From: Yuukianura sp. NJ FZ-2021
Taxonomy: Eukaryota
DNA: 64,000 nucleotides
Direction of reading: 5' to 3'
NCBI GenBank assembly: GCA_046563655.1
Contig: CM102284.1
Location: forward strand, 4,216,001 to 4,280,000
Positions within the stretch are counted from its first letter, which is position 1; each line of letters starts with the position of its first letter. Positions 39,801-51,745 of this stretch are shown one piece after another. The notes under the pieces were generated by a model. That model had not been told where the DNA came from and ran no database searches. It saw only the letters and a program-made list of their open reading frames with translations. The position numbers were made by a program, and so were the translations under genes.

Positions 39801-42800
39801 ATTTTAAAGCCAGAAAAACCGAATTCGAAAATTTTACAAATTTTTAACAAAATCACTGTCCATGGATTTTTTTGTCTTTCTTCATAATTTTGGAGGTGCT
39901 TTTTTGCAGTAAATTACAAGAAATACTGTTTTGAAACAATGGACTGAGCGCTTCATCACAGAAATCGCTGTAACGCTGAGAATTCAAAGTTTTGTTAACG
40001 AAAATGAATTTTTTTCTAAATTGGTTTAGACGCTAGTTAAAATTTAAAATAATTCTCTCTATGCATTTCATACAGGCTTACCATACCTGAAATTGTTAAT
40101 TTTTCATACAGCTTTGAAGCACTTTCTGAAAATTCGTTGTCTCACTTTTCAAAATTAATTAGACACATTTTTTTTTCAAATGATTTTTTTTCAATTTGAA
40201 CACAATAGAACGGTATAATGTAAAATGTATTCACAAACGTTTTGTTATTTGGACTTTTTTATACTCATTATAACACGACGCGTTCATCGGAGACATTGAT
40301 GAAAAACTTGATGTTCGCTATTGGAATTCTTAAAATTTCTAACAATTCTTATTTTTTTGAAAGTACAATTGTAGCGTCCCAACGAAGAAGGGCGTAACTC
40401 GGATTTTGAAATTTTTTTTCCCTTCGAGACGAAAAAAGTAAACAAATTTCGCCAAAACTCGGAATCAAAAATGTCTGCAGATTTCGATTTCAAAAATGTA
40501 ATTAGAAATCGCTTTAACAAAGTATCGATAGTGCAAGTAACTTTTTCCCTCAATATCTTCGTATTTAGCAAAGTAGCGAAAGTGCAGAGTATTTTTTCAT
40601 TGTATTCACAAAAACTTTGGAAATTACTGAAATAGTTTGCGCACCCTCATTAAACTGTTGCAACTGCTTTGAAAATTTTCAATTGACATTGACGAAAGGA
40701 ACTGAAAATTATTTAAGGAAGCCAATTAATCAAAGTACACATCCAATCCAGCCTCACTAAACCTAGAGAAGGGCCAAAGTGGGGAAGGGAGTTGAGAAGT
40801 CAATGTCAACTTGATTCAGAGAACTCAAGTGTTTTCTGTGAGGTCAAACTTTCGCACATCACTTCTCACAGGCGCCGAACTCATATAACTTCAAATTTTC
40901 TCAAAATTTTCGAATATGTATCTTCAATGATATTAAAAGATCAGCGAGACGTAGACCGACTGGAATTTAACCGTACAATATAATAATAGCTCAGCATTAA
41001 GGCGGTTTTCTAAAACAAACTCAACGTAACCGAGTAAGCCCCGTTTTACGCGTTAATAGTGATCAAATCCTGGTCATGATATGTTCATTGGATAACCGAA
41101 ACGACATCATCCAGTAGTTTCTGAGTAGTGTGGCTGGTTTTTTCCAGCGTTGCTGTAAGCTTAAACGTCCAGTGGCTTAGTTGCCACATATCCACTGGAA
41201 GAAATACACCAAAAATGTAAACTTTTAGTGGAGGTAAGAAATCAAAAATCTAGCGCGAAATTTAAAAAAAAATTAAAATTACAAAATAACATCAAAAAGA
41301 GTTTCTTTCATCGTTAAATTTAATAATTTATTTATAAATCATACAAAAACGTTATTTCCTTCGTCTCGTACGGTAATTCGAATAGTTTAGGCTTTGTATC
41401 TAATTAATGTAAACCCTGAGGGCAACGCTACGCCGCTTTTGGTTCATCTATTTTGTGCATTTCTTCCACTGGATATACAGCCGTGGACGAAATCTCGCAA
41501 AAGTGGATTTTTAACAACACCGGTTTTTTAAAAATAAAACCAAAAATACCTAGTTTTAGTTAAAGCCATGATTTATTTGGCTTTTCTCGGTTTAAAGTTT
41601 AAACCAACATCAAAAACTCGATATTTCTCAGAAAATGAATCTATACTTTAGAACTATTTAATCCGTTGAAATTCCATCCACTGATTTCAGTTCCAACAGT
41701 ACCTTAACAATGTGAAAAAAGCGTTAGAACAGTAATTTGGGAAAACATAAACGAGTTAGTACAAAAGAGCGAATGAATTTCATTCAAAAACAAGACTTTT
41801 CTGTTAATTCAGTATCCCCTTTTTCCCATTTACTCATGTTGGTTTAAACCTAATAAATGTGAATAAAAACCGCTCGGTTTAAATCGTGGTTTAAACCATG
41901 GTTTGGATCATTTCTCCTAAACCAAGGCCACCCTGTTTCTAATAATTAATCCGGACAGACAGATAGACATGAATAATATTATAATAACAGCGCCGCAATT
42001 ACAATAATCTTAACAGCCCCACGAACATTACAACACAGCTCGCCCAAACAGAATGACACACAGACAGACACGTGAATATCATAACATGAATCTTTTGAAA
42101 AAATTTTTGGAGATGAATTCGGTAATTTTGTTGCCGACTCTTGTTAAATTTTGTTTACGTTTTTTCTTGGCAACGCAAGTCGTCATCGCGTTTTGAGGTA
42201 CGCCATTCTTCGTCGGAGCTATAGAATTTTTAATTTCAAAAACTTTCAAAATTGATATCTCTGGAATGAAAAGCGATAGAAACCTAATCTTTTCGTCACA
42301 AACTTTGGGAATGATTCCTTTGGGAAATAATTAACTTCACGGTGAAAGCCTCACTGTTTTTTTTTCATTGTAGGGTTACTAGCGAAAATCCCGGATCCGT
42401 TTATTCCTGAAACCAGGCGCCGCTACAGCTTCTTCGACACGTCCTTCATCTGGGGGAAATTGACTGGCAATGGAGCCCTAATCCATCGTGTCAAGGTCTT
42501 TCAAAACTGGTCCTACAAATTCTTGAGATGTCTCTGCTGTTGGTTCTGTTGCTGTATCTTGGGAAGGAAGCTCAAGGCCAAGGTCAAAGACAGTTCTGGC
42601 TGGAAATGCTGTCGAAAGTATCGACGACGACGCTACGCAAAACGACTGATGAAGAGTCGCTTGTCAACTAACTTGAACAGAGCCAGCCGAATGCAACGAC
42701 GCAGGAAAGAGAAACGGAAGCAACGGAGACTAGCTAAACTGGGAAAGGAGAAGGGAACAGCATGGTGGCAAAACATGCGGCAGCGATTATTCAAAGCTAA

Positions 42801-42966
42801 GCAAAACGAATCAGAAGAAGAGCACACGGAAAAGCGTGGTTCTAAGATGGCACCGAAACGACAAACGCAGACGGGAAAAGCAGTGCCAAAACCTGTACCA
42901 GGGAAGGTGGCATCCAAACAGGAAATCCCTTCCGAGGATGCACCTATAATCGGAGAGACAGTATAG
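36894..42966 (+). CDS. EFCAB9: EF-hand calcium-binding domain-containing protein 9-like (CatSper Ca2+-sensor homolog) with C-terminal extension, about 411 aa
   Basis: Exons 36894-37007, 37117-37135, 37212-37360, 37440-37640, 37714-37845, 37933-37960 and 42374-42966 splice in frame (1236 nt). MHLDPGYALLSVQN, LFELLDIDHSGEMEFEEFY, EFIYRHSTNIFRLID and IFDEFDVSGDKNLDFMEFRLFT parallel mammalian EFCAB9. Confidence 0.82.
38320..40160. repeat. Diverged ~1-kb tandem duplication (repeat-element-like) in EFCAB9 intron 6
   Basis: GGGAGGCTTTTGTGAGAGGAGAAAAGTAGACAGG at 38474 and 39481; ATATCTCAGGAACGGAATGC at 38722 and 39731. Paralogous spurious ORFs at 38410-38664 and 39375-39590. Confidence 0.85.
41191..41473. 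mobile_element. 283-bp MITE with TA TSD
   Basis: TA|TCCACTGGAAGAAATACAC ... GTGCATTTCTTCCACTGGA|TA: 19-bp TIR with 2 mismatches. Confidence 0.65.
41515..41935. mobile_element. Truncated hAT-like MITE remnant
   Basis: Repeated GGTTTAAACC subterminal palindromes, ending ...GGCCACCCTG (the reverse complement of a CAGGG start). No matching left TIR or TSD found. Confidence 0.4.
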
Positions 42967-43541
42967 TTTAGCCAAGGCCTCCAAAAACGTTCTACATACA
43001 TTTCAAAACGCGTTCAATTTTCAATTTGTGAATTTTAGCACTTGCTTGGCACTGTTCTCTCTTATTTTTTTTCAATTTAATGAAAAATGAAATGACAAAA
43101 AAATGCAGATTGTGTCTTACGAATTTTTTTTAAAGTTACCCAACAGAAAAATCGTGTAAAATTAGAAACGGAGGTGAAACTGATTGGGATTATGAAATTG
43201 CAGTTTAATTAATAATTAAATAAGTTTAAATTCATATGAATTTATGCTCAACACGGGACGCTTTTACACCAAAACCAATAGCATATAGGGATAAGTACTG
43301 TGCATTTTGAAGTTGGAGCATTCATGTGCCACATCATCTGCTGGCGGAAACACGCGTCCACTTCTACGCAAGGTGAAAAAAATTCAAGTTGACTTTTTCA
43401 AATCAAAACTGAAAGTTAGTGGATTTGAATCACATAGGGATTCAGAATTGGAGACCGGTATTTAATTAAGTTTTCGATTAATTTGTAATCACGATTCACG
43501 AAGCCTTAACATTAAAAACCGAACTTGCAAGCTTTGTCAAC

Positions 43542-44468
43542 ATGAACGCCGTTACATTCGTCCTCGTCGCTCTTTTTGCTACAGTTTACGGTAAAAACGT
43601 TAATCTTTTAGTGAATTTATTATTAGGTATATTATTTGTTTTCTAGTTGGATCTTATGGTAAAATTGGAAAAGTAATTGTTGCTGTTTAATCTCTTGTAA
43701 TTCTGATTATTGAATTGTTTAATTTGTGTTGCAGGAACCAGCTGTCCTTCACCAACTGTGTCAGTACTCAAGGGATACACCACGACAGATGCCTCAGTCC
43801 TCAGCGCCATTGCTTTCATAAGTCAATTTGACCTCAAATGTAACGGATCTCCAGCTCCAGCGACTGCCAACTTTTATGCTGAAGGTAAACTAAATACTAC
43901 TTGATTTTGGTTTTGTTAACCTGAATTTGGATTTGGTGTATTTATAAACTATTTTTTTAGTTGGTGGAAAACACTTGAACGTTGTCAGAAACTCTAAGGG
44001 ATCCTACCAGGTCAGTTGGACAGAAGAAGTAGCAAGAGCCTCCCGTGGCGACTACAAAATTAACATTTACGATGAAGAGACATTCCCACAAGTCCGAAAG
44101 GTAATTTCTTAGAAATACTTAATGGGACTCAGCCTGGTAATATTAACCGTACTCTTATAGTTAAGTTAAATTCGGCTTAACAGTTAACATCGGAGAGTAT
44201 TCTCTCTGGGGTATCTGTTTCTAAATAAGTTTTCAGTTTCTGCTTGTTCGAATCCGAGAACTCTAAACGTCGACAAAAGAGATAATTGGAATTTCTTGTT
44301 TGATTTCTTCAGGGAAAAGGCGAGCTTCCACAACCTTTGGTAACCGTAACACTGAACCATCCGGGAGCATACACTGGCCCGTGGCTCAGCTCCGAGCACT
44401 TGGCAGCCATTCTTGGGGTTTTCGTAGTGTACATCGCCCTCACTTGCAGATCCAAACTCCTTTCTTAA
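43542..44468 (+). CDS. SSR4: Translocon-associated protein subunit delta, 168 aa
   Basis: Exons 43542-43590, 43647-43658, 43735-43884, 43961-44100 and 44313-44468 total 507 nt. Signal peptide, YTTTDASVLSAIAFISQFDLKC, YQVSWTEE, HPGAYTGPWLSSEHLA and a C-terminal TM helix. Confidence 0.93.
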
Positions 44469-45227
44469 GTTCGTTAAGTGACCAGCATTTACCATTGTTT
44501 CCAAAATAAAGTGCTTCAATTCTAAAGGAAACCTAAGCGAATACTTTTCAAATTAAATACGGCTCATTAATCAGCGTTTTAAGATTTCTAATTGTCATTC
44601 AACTAGTTTATACAGTGAATTATTGCGAGTGTGGAGATGGACACAACCGTTCCTCTTTTGCTGTAAAAATTTCCGCGGGAGTTACAAAAGTTTGCAGCTT
44701 TTGCATTGCATGGCATTGCATTGGTGGGTGAATCGGTTCATTTCATTGCGGTAATCACCGACCGGTTTTTTCGTTAAATCTTCCTGCTCGGAACTTTCAT
44801 TCATCATCTAACATCTGCAAACTGCAACCGTAATTAAAAGTGGTAATTCGCAAATTCGTTGGACATTCTCGATCTCGATTCTCCTTAGATACACAGGTAA
44901 CTGGTGTGAAAATCAAACAGTAGTCTGCACTTACCTGAACGAACAGGACGACTTTCAACTTTCAGAATTCACCATCTTGAGGAACGGTAAACCCAAATTT
45001 CACTGTCGATTACCTTCATTACGATAATCTCTTGCGAAAATATCCTGGCATGCTTTCTCCGATGTCAGTTTTGAAGTGTAAATTGGTCATTTACGGAGAT
45101 AAGTATGCAATCACTTCTTACCTTGTCAAAGTAAATTAATCGTCTTGCTATTTCTTTGCACAGAAACATACGTTACTTTTCAATTACACAAGAAAGTCAA
45201 CTGTAAGCAAACTTGATCGACTGCAAA

Positions 45228-46326
45228 ATGACGGAGGATACGAAGATGACTTCGCGATGGGCTGATGAAATTGAAGACGAAGATGAACAGTACATTTCCA
45301 CTGCACCACAAGAAGTACTTGTCAAGGATGGAGAACGAATGGTGACGGAAGTTGTAGTTGATCCAGATACTGGAAAAAAGAAGAAGATCATTAGAACGTT
45401 TAAACTGGAAAAGAAATTCGGTAAGTCTTAAATCAAAGAACGCTGCGTCCTCCACATTGTTCAATTACGCAATGCTCACCTTGAATTTCACATTTTATAG
45501 TTTCCAAGGGCGTTATTGAGAGAAAGCACTGGGTCAAATTCGGTGCTTCAAAAAGAGATGCCCCTGGTCCAAACTCAGCAACCACCGTCGTTGGTGACCC
45601 TGTCTCAATGTTCTTTCTCGGTACCAAGGAAGTTGACGTTCAAGATGACTTCAACAAAGACTTGCGAGATGGGAAAGGCTTCGTTCGCTGCAGATACTGT
45701 CAAGAGAGTCACTTTAGTGCAAAATGTCCCTACAAAGATGCTGGAATATCAACAGAATTTCTTTTGTCTACAAAGGATCTGGCGGAAGACAAGAAGGTTC
45801 TAATACAAATCTTTTTCACAACTATGCTTTCGATATCAACAGAATAATACGATTCTACGGTATCGTTTTAGGATTCTGAAGCTAAGCCCGGAGTATTTGT
45901 GCCACCTCATGCTCGTCGTGGTGGAGATATTGGACGACGTGGTGAGATGATGGGTTCGAGTACTCGCAAAGATGAAACTACAATCCGAGTATCCAATCTC
46001 CCCGAATCCATGTCGGAAACGGACTTGCAGGAACTATGTGGTCCATTTGGCAAGATCGACCGGATATTCTTGGCCAAGGATAGGTAAGTCTCAATTCACA
46101 CATTTCAACCAATCTCAATGCCAAAGTCAACGGTACTGAATCAGCAAAGTATCTCTTGTTAAAAATGTCACTTTTTACGCATAGGGCAACTGGAGTTTGT
46201 AAAGGATTTGCGTTCGTGACCTATGCGATGAGACCCAATGCCACAATGGCTCTTCGTGCCCTCAACGGTTATGGCTACGACCACCTTATTCTTAACGTGG
46301 AATGGTCCAAACCAGCAGCAAATTGA
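45228..46326 (+). CDS. EIF3G: Eukaryotic translation initiation factor 3 subunit G, 280 aa
   Basis: Exons 45228-45420, 45501-45796, 45872-46083 and 46185-46326. WADEIE, RKHWVKFG, zinc knuckle CRYCQESHFSAKCPYKD, and RRM TIRVSNL...CKGFAFV...LNGYGYDHLILNVEWSKP. Confidence 0.95.
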
Positions 46327-46919
46327 TCAATTTGTTAACAACTTTCCATTTAACACAAATCGAATGGCAGTTCGATTCTCAACCTTCTCCAGATGAATAA
46401 AGATGTAACAAGACAAAGACAACAGTTCTTTATAATGTGTCCATTTTATTAAAATATCGACACTGATATAATCTAATAAATCCAAAACTTCGAAAAATTA
46501 CACAACAGTAGTACCTATTTAAATATTCCAAACTACATGACGGCTTAGTTTTGCTTAAGTTTTGTTTTGTACTCTGCCTGTTGGCAGTATAAGCTCACTA
46601 AACATTTATGGCATAACTGGCTGAGTAGCATCTCCTCGACACCAAACAATTTTTAACAGTGAAACAATACTGCGTCTGAAAATGCCTTTGAGTAAGTTCA
46701 ACTTACAAATATTAAGAAAAAGCGTAAGTACAAGGATTGTCAACTGCTACATCACAGTCTCTATCCCAAATTTGATTGCTAGGAACTCTTCAAAAATTAA
46801 TTAAACTATAAGTTGGAAGGATCCGAATGAGACTCGGGTCAATTAATTGTAGTTAACGAAACTCTGGAAAGTCAGCCTTGATTTTGATTTGTCATTAAAT
46901 TGTTCCCTCACCAGCTTTC

Positions 46920-49900
46920 CTATTGGCTGCCTTCCTCTGAAGCATCTCCGTCCTCTTTACGCAGCAACAAAGCATTCTGTGGTCCTGGAGTCGCCACTTC
47001 ACCACCTCTGTAGCGAACCAGCTGCTTGTTGTGGTAACTCAACATTCTGAAATTGGGGTAAATCAAAAATTAATTAGATCATAAGCAAAATATAATTATT
47101 GATTAATCAAACTGTTTCACATACTTAAGCCAGTCTTTATAGAACCCCACGTCCTCGTCTGAATTCGAACGTTGGATTTCCAGCGCCACCCAATTAATAT
47201 TATCCAAGGTTTTCCTCCCAAGGTTTCTCACGCTCTGGAAGAAAGAAGAGTTCGAATACTAAATTCTTCTCGACTTTTGAAGATTTCGGATCTTAAAATG
47301 TTTTCAATTCGTACCTGAGACCCCTCCTGGCTAAACGGCTCACTGTCTGTTTCAAGAACAGAAGCCGAACCCGAATTGTGACGCTTGCGGCGTTTTGCAG
47401 GCACAACAGCGGTTTGGGTAGTCTGAAGTCCATATGCAGCTCGTGAGGTGCTGGGACGCACAGCTTGATCAATGTTTGCAGCAACTCCTGGCTCAGCGCT
47501 TCGTCCTTGTGTAATTCCAATCTGAGTCCCACCACATTCCAGTTTGAGCCGAGGGCGTTTTGGCTATTTTCAAGAAATTGCTTATTACGAGATTACGACT
47601 AGACATTAAAACATTAGAACTGAAAGATGTTAAAGGTCATACATTAGTTTCCAGAGTGAAATCCTGTGAATCCTCCGGAAGATCAGGAACTTCTTGTTTG
47701 AAGTTCCTTGGCCTGGTTCCAGTAAGTTGTGTACTCAACCACTTATTGCGATCAGAAGTGGAGTCCCGTCCGGGACATTTGCATATTTTCAAATTATAGG
47801 CTTGTCGGCCCAATTCGTATGTCCTGAATATTCAAATCAAAAGAAAACAACAAAATTCAAAAAAATTGTAATTCTTCAGCTTCTAAAAAACTTCAGCAAC
47901 CGCTCGACCTCGGATAATTTTCAATATGGTCACGCAAAACTCAACACACTGTTACGCCTGGTTTATAGTCTCACTTTTCACTTCACTTTTGTGCTGAACT
48001 TCACTTCCTCCGTCACTTTGTCGTATTTAGAGTACGAAGTGATGAGGATGTGATCATCCCTGTCTCACTTTCGTTTCCTCCTCACTTCCTCTTTCACTCG
48101 CTGCTTATTTTGAGTTTCACTTTCATATCACTTCGTCGTCACTTTTCCTTCACTTTTTCAAAGTTGAACTGAACTCAACTTTTCTCAAAGTGACGGCGGA
48201 GCGAAAATTGAATGTATTCATTTTTACTTTTTCAGTTCATCTCTGATTTGTTCAAAAACGACTATTTTTGCAAATACGATGGACAATTAATGCTGTCAAT
48301 AATGTTGACCCCATTTTATTTTGGAAAATCAAAATTAACTGACAAAAGTCCGAACACAGCTGATTTGTTCACTTTGGGATTTCGCTTTTTCTATTTATAC
48401 TTTTGGCAAAGTGAATTGACAATGAAAGTGAAGTGACCACGACATGACATTGTAGTGAAACTGTATGCCTAATTTATAGTTCACTCGCATGAAAAGTGAG
48501 GATGAAAGCGACATAACAGTGAAGTGAGCATGAAGTGAAGAGTGAGACTATAAACCAGGCGTTAATTTCCAATTCGTGGAGGTTAGATGTTATAAAACAT
48601 GCGATCTCTTACCCGTATCTCAAATAGAACATCAAAGTCCAATCCCGGCTTTCTTTCAGTTTCTCTTTGACCGGGCACGAACTCAGGCACATGAACTTGT
48701 AATTGCGTTTCATAGTGTACTTGGTAGAGGTAGATCCACCCTGGCAAAAACGTTAGATTCGATCAGCACCTCTTTTTCGTAATCCATTTGATGAAGATAA
48801 ACGAACCTGAACCTTCTCGAGCGGTATTTCAACGCATCGATGAATTTTTCGCTTCGGCTTATAAACGGCTTTTGCACTATCGCAGCGGATGACATGACCG
48901 CGGATACCTTTAAAACAACAAAACAAAGAAACAGTTAGCCCGATACGATCTGATTTTTTTATTATCAAATAGGGTATTACTATGTCCGTTTTCATCCAGC
49001 GGTGGGTTCTTCTCCAGTTTCTGACAGTTACTGCACTGCTTTACGGCCTCCTGAACGACCAAAGCGTTCGCCGTGAAGTAAATAACAGCTTGAACTTTGA
49101 GCTGGCGGTAGGTAACGTTAGCCTTCGTAAAGTCCAAATTGATGTTGAACATAACAGGTTGATTGTCCTTGCAGTAGATCTTGTTCCTCTCCGCCAAGTA
49201 GACGCATTGTTGCTTGTTAGAAACCAATTCCGGGGTCACGGTGAAGTTCAAAAGACCTGGAAAGGAGTCCAACAAGGGAATCCGGTTCCCTTGACTCTGA
49301 CTATCATCCTGACTCGAACTTGAATCAACCCCATCTCCATCATCATAGTGAAATTGGTCCAATTGTTCATCTGATTGTCGTGATTGTACAGATCCTTGAG
49401 GGGTTTCCAATACCAGGGGTGGCTCTGCTTTCACCATTTGGTAAAGAAAGGGACCTTGATCTCCGTTCCCATCAGAGTCATCGACCGGTCCAGCCGACAG
49501 CGGCGGAGTAGGGTTTGAAGAATCTGAAAATTAATAATTTAATTCTTCAGTTTGCAGCGTAGCGATACCGTGAGTTGGAGATTAATTCTAATTTATTGTG
49601 TAACTTGCATTGTACAGCTACCGGTGCTGGTGTCAAATCTGGAAACAAGTTGTCCACGTCCGCCTCATACGAATCGTTTGCCAGTTGAGCAAGTGAAGCG
49701 CAATCGGATTTAGCACTGACCAAAAAAAAATGGACAGTTACGTTGACTTAATAGTAACTGATTATAATAAATTCTTGTTCGTGTAAATGTCGTTGTACCT
49801 TCCAATTCTAGGGTCAGGTCCCGTATTTCCTCCGTTTCCTACGTCCAGTGGTTGCAAACCCACTCCAATGTACGGATCGTTTCGACTAACATAGACTGAA

Positions 49901-50091
49901 ACAGGATATGCGACATGATTATTTATGTCTTGCAAATCCATCTGCGATGAGTCGATAGAATAGCCTTGGGAACTAGCAAGCATTTGAGAAAAGGTAGTAG
50001 TACTGTCAGGGAGAGGATTTCGTTTCTGCGAGTAGTATCTGAATTGTCTTTCCTGTTCCTGTGAATTTGTTTCTTGATTTCCTTGGTCCAT
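46920..50091 (-). CDS. p53: Divergent p53-family transcription factor, about 612 aa, no SAM domain seen
   Basis: Exons 50091-49799, 49715-49609, 49523-48981, 48907-48807, 48740-48613, 47823-47643, 47563-47315, 47234-47125 and 47046-46920 (1839 nt; needs one GC-AG intron). DBD motifs FPGLLNFTV, CVYLAERNKIYC, VKQCSNC, HVIRCD, YKFMCLSSC and LGRQAYNLKICKCPGRD. Confidence 0.88.
47955..48561. mobile_element. 607-bp PIF/Harbinger (Tourist-like) MITE in a p53 intron
   Basis: TTA|CGCCTGGTTTATAGTCTCACT ... AGTGAGACTATAAACCAGGCG|TTA: perfect 21-bp TIR with 3-bp TTA TSD, and subterminal TCACTT/AAGTGA repeats. Confidence 0.88.
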
Positions 50092-51745
50092 CTCGTCTTT
50101 AGTCACACTTGATTGCTGAAATGATAATTTAAGACATAATCCGTCAACCAAACAGAAAAAAACGTGACCAACTACTCACAAGTTAATTGAATGGTAAATT
50201 GAGCAACTTTAAAAATCGGATCTGATATTTTTAGAGTCAGTCTTCGGTCCTCATCGTCTTCTACCTTCCTCGACACTTTTAGAAGTAGTGGTACAGTATA
50301 ACCCTCCAGTTACTCTAAACAAAATTCAGCAAAATGTAATCGGTGTGACTCATAACTTAACGCTATTCATAGTTTCTCGGCTTAAACTCAGTTGTCTGCC
50401 ATTAAATCCTCAAACCAGTTCATGTGAAATATTTAATTTACCGGACAGTGCAGAAAATGAACCCCTCAACAGTTGACAGTCAATGCGATCAGTATATGTA
50501 TTACCTGTTGGGTGACACTAACGATCAGCAGGAGGCTAACAACCCGGCACTTGATTCTCAGATGATCCAGTAGTGGCTCCGATTCTGGTGTCCTAATTCT
50601 TCAGTTTCCTTTGTTCTGGACAAGGTCGAAGAAAGATGACCAAGAAGAGAGAGGACGAAAACCGAACACTTCAAAGTAGGGAAGGACAATGCGAAGTGCC
50701 GTAGAAGAGACAGCAGAGGATACACATTTTTTTTGTTGTTGTGATTGTTTTCTTTGTGTTGAAAAGCGAGGGACGAAGAAGAGTTTACCTCCCGGCGTCC
50801 ATCCAGGAAGAAGCGTCTTATATTCCTTTTAAAATCGGGGCCGGGGGAGAGCGTCTTTTAACCTCCATAACCCCCTCTACCACTTCCCATAACTTTTCCA
50901 TTTCCACCCCCCGCTATCCCTTAAGTTTAAATGTTAGAGGGCCTTAGCTTTCCTTGTCTTACCCCCTCCAAAATCGTGGCATGTTGAATTCCACTCCAGA
51001 GGACAGTTTAGGACGTTGTTGTCTTTGAATCGATTGTCCATGATGAAACGGGTCACTATAAAACGTTTTATCGGAATGTGAAAGGATAAGCGAGGATACA
51101 ACTTTGTGACCACCGAAAACACAAAGAGTCAATTACTTGATTTGCATAAACTTATGAAGTTGAGACGTCGCTTCACATTCCAGCAGACGTTCAAATTTTC
51201 GGACATAAATAGTTTCACAATGAGGAGTTCCACTAGCGGTAGAACGATTTTGGATTTTATTTGAAAAAGTTTTTCAAAAGTAGAGTAATAATTATTGTAC
51301 CTAGAAAGAAGTGTATTTATTTATTACTTTTTGTTACTTTTTATTAATTTTTGTTTTGATATCAACAGTTTTAAAGTCGAGGGAAAGTTCATTGGATGTT
51401 TTATTTTAATTATTTTATGACATGCAAAAGAAAAAGTACGACAGGGAAAATTAATAAGCTCAACAAGTGAAACCCATTGTTTTATTCTTTAAACTCACTA
51501 ATTTAAGAAATGAATTCACATTCTAAACCATTTTTACCTAATCTTTAGTACAGGTGAAGTTTCATCTCATGCGACAGGTTGACCTTGACCATTACTACTG
51601 ACGTAGTACGTCATGTTTGTGTACTTACATGACCTACAAACAACAGTCCAACTAAATTCTCAATTGTAATTTTAACTTAGTACTTGTGGACAACCATCTT
51701 AGAAAAATGCTGAATTAACTAGCAGTGGAAATTAATTCTGTTAAG

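Noticed and set aside
41950-42075. GACA-type short repeats suggesting a DINE-1/Helentron remnant
   Set aside because: Too short and degenerate; no subterminal inverted repeat or 3' hairpin could be placed.
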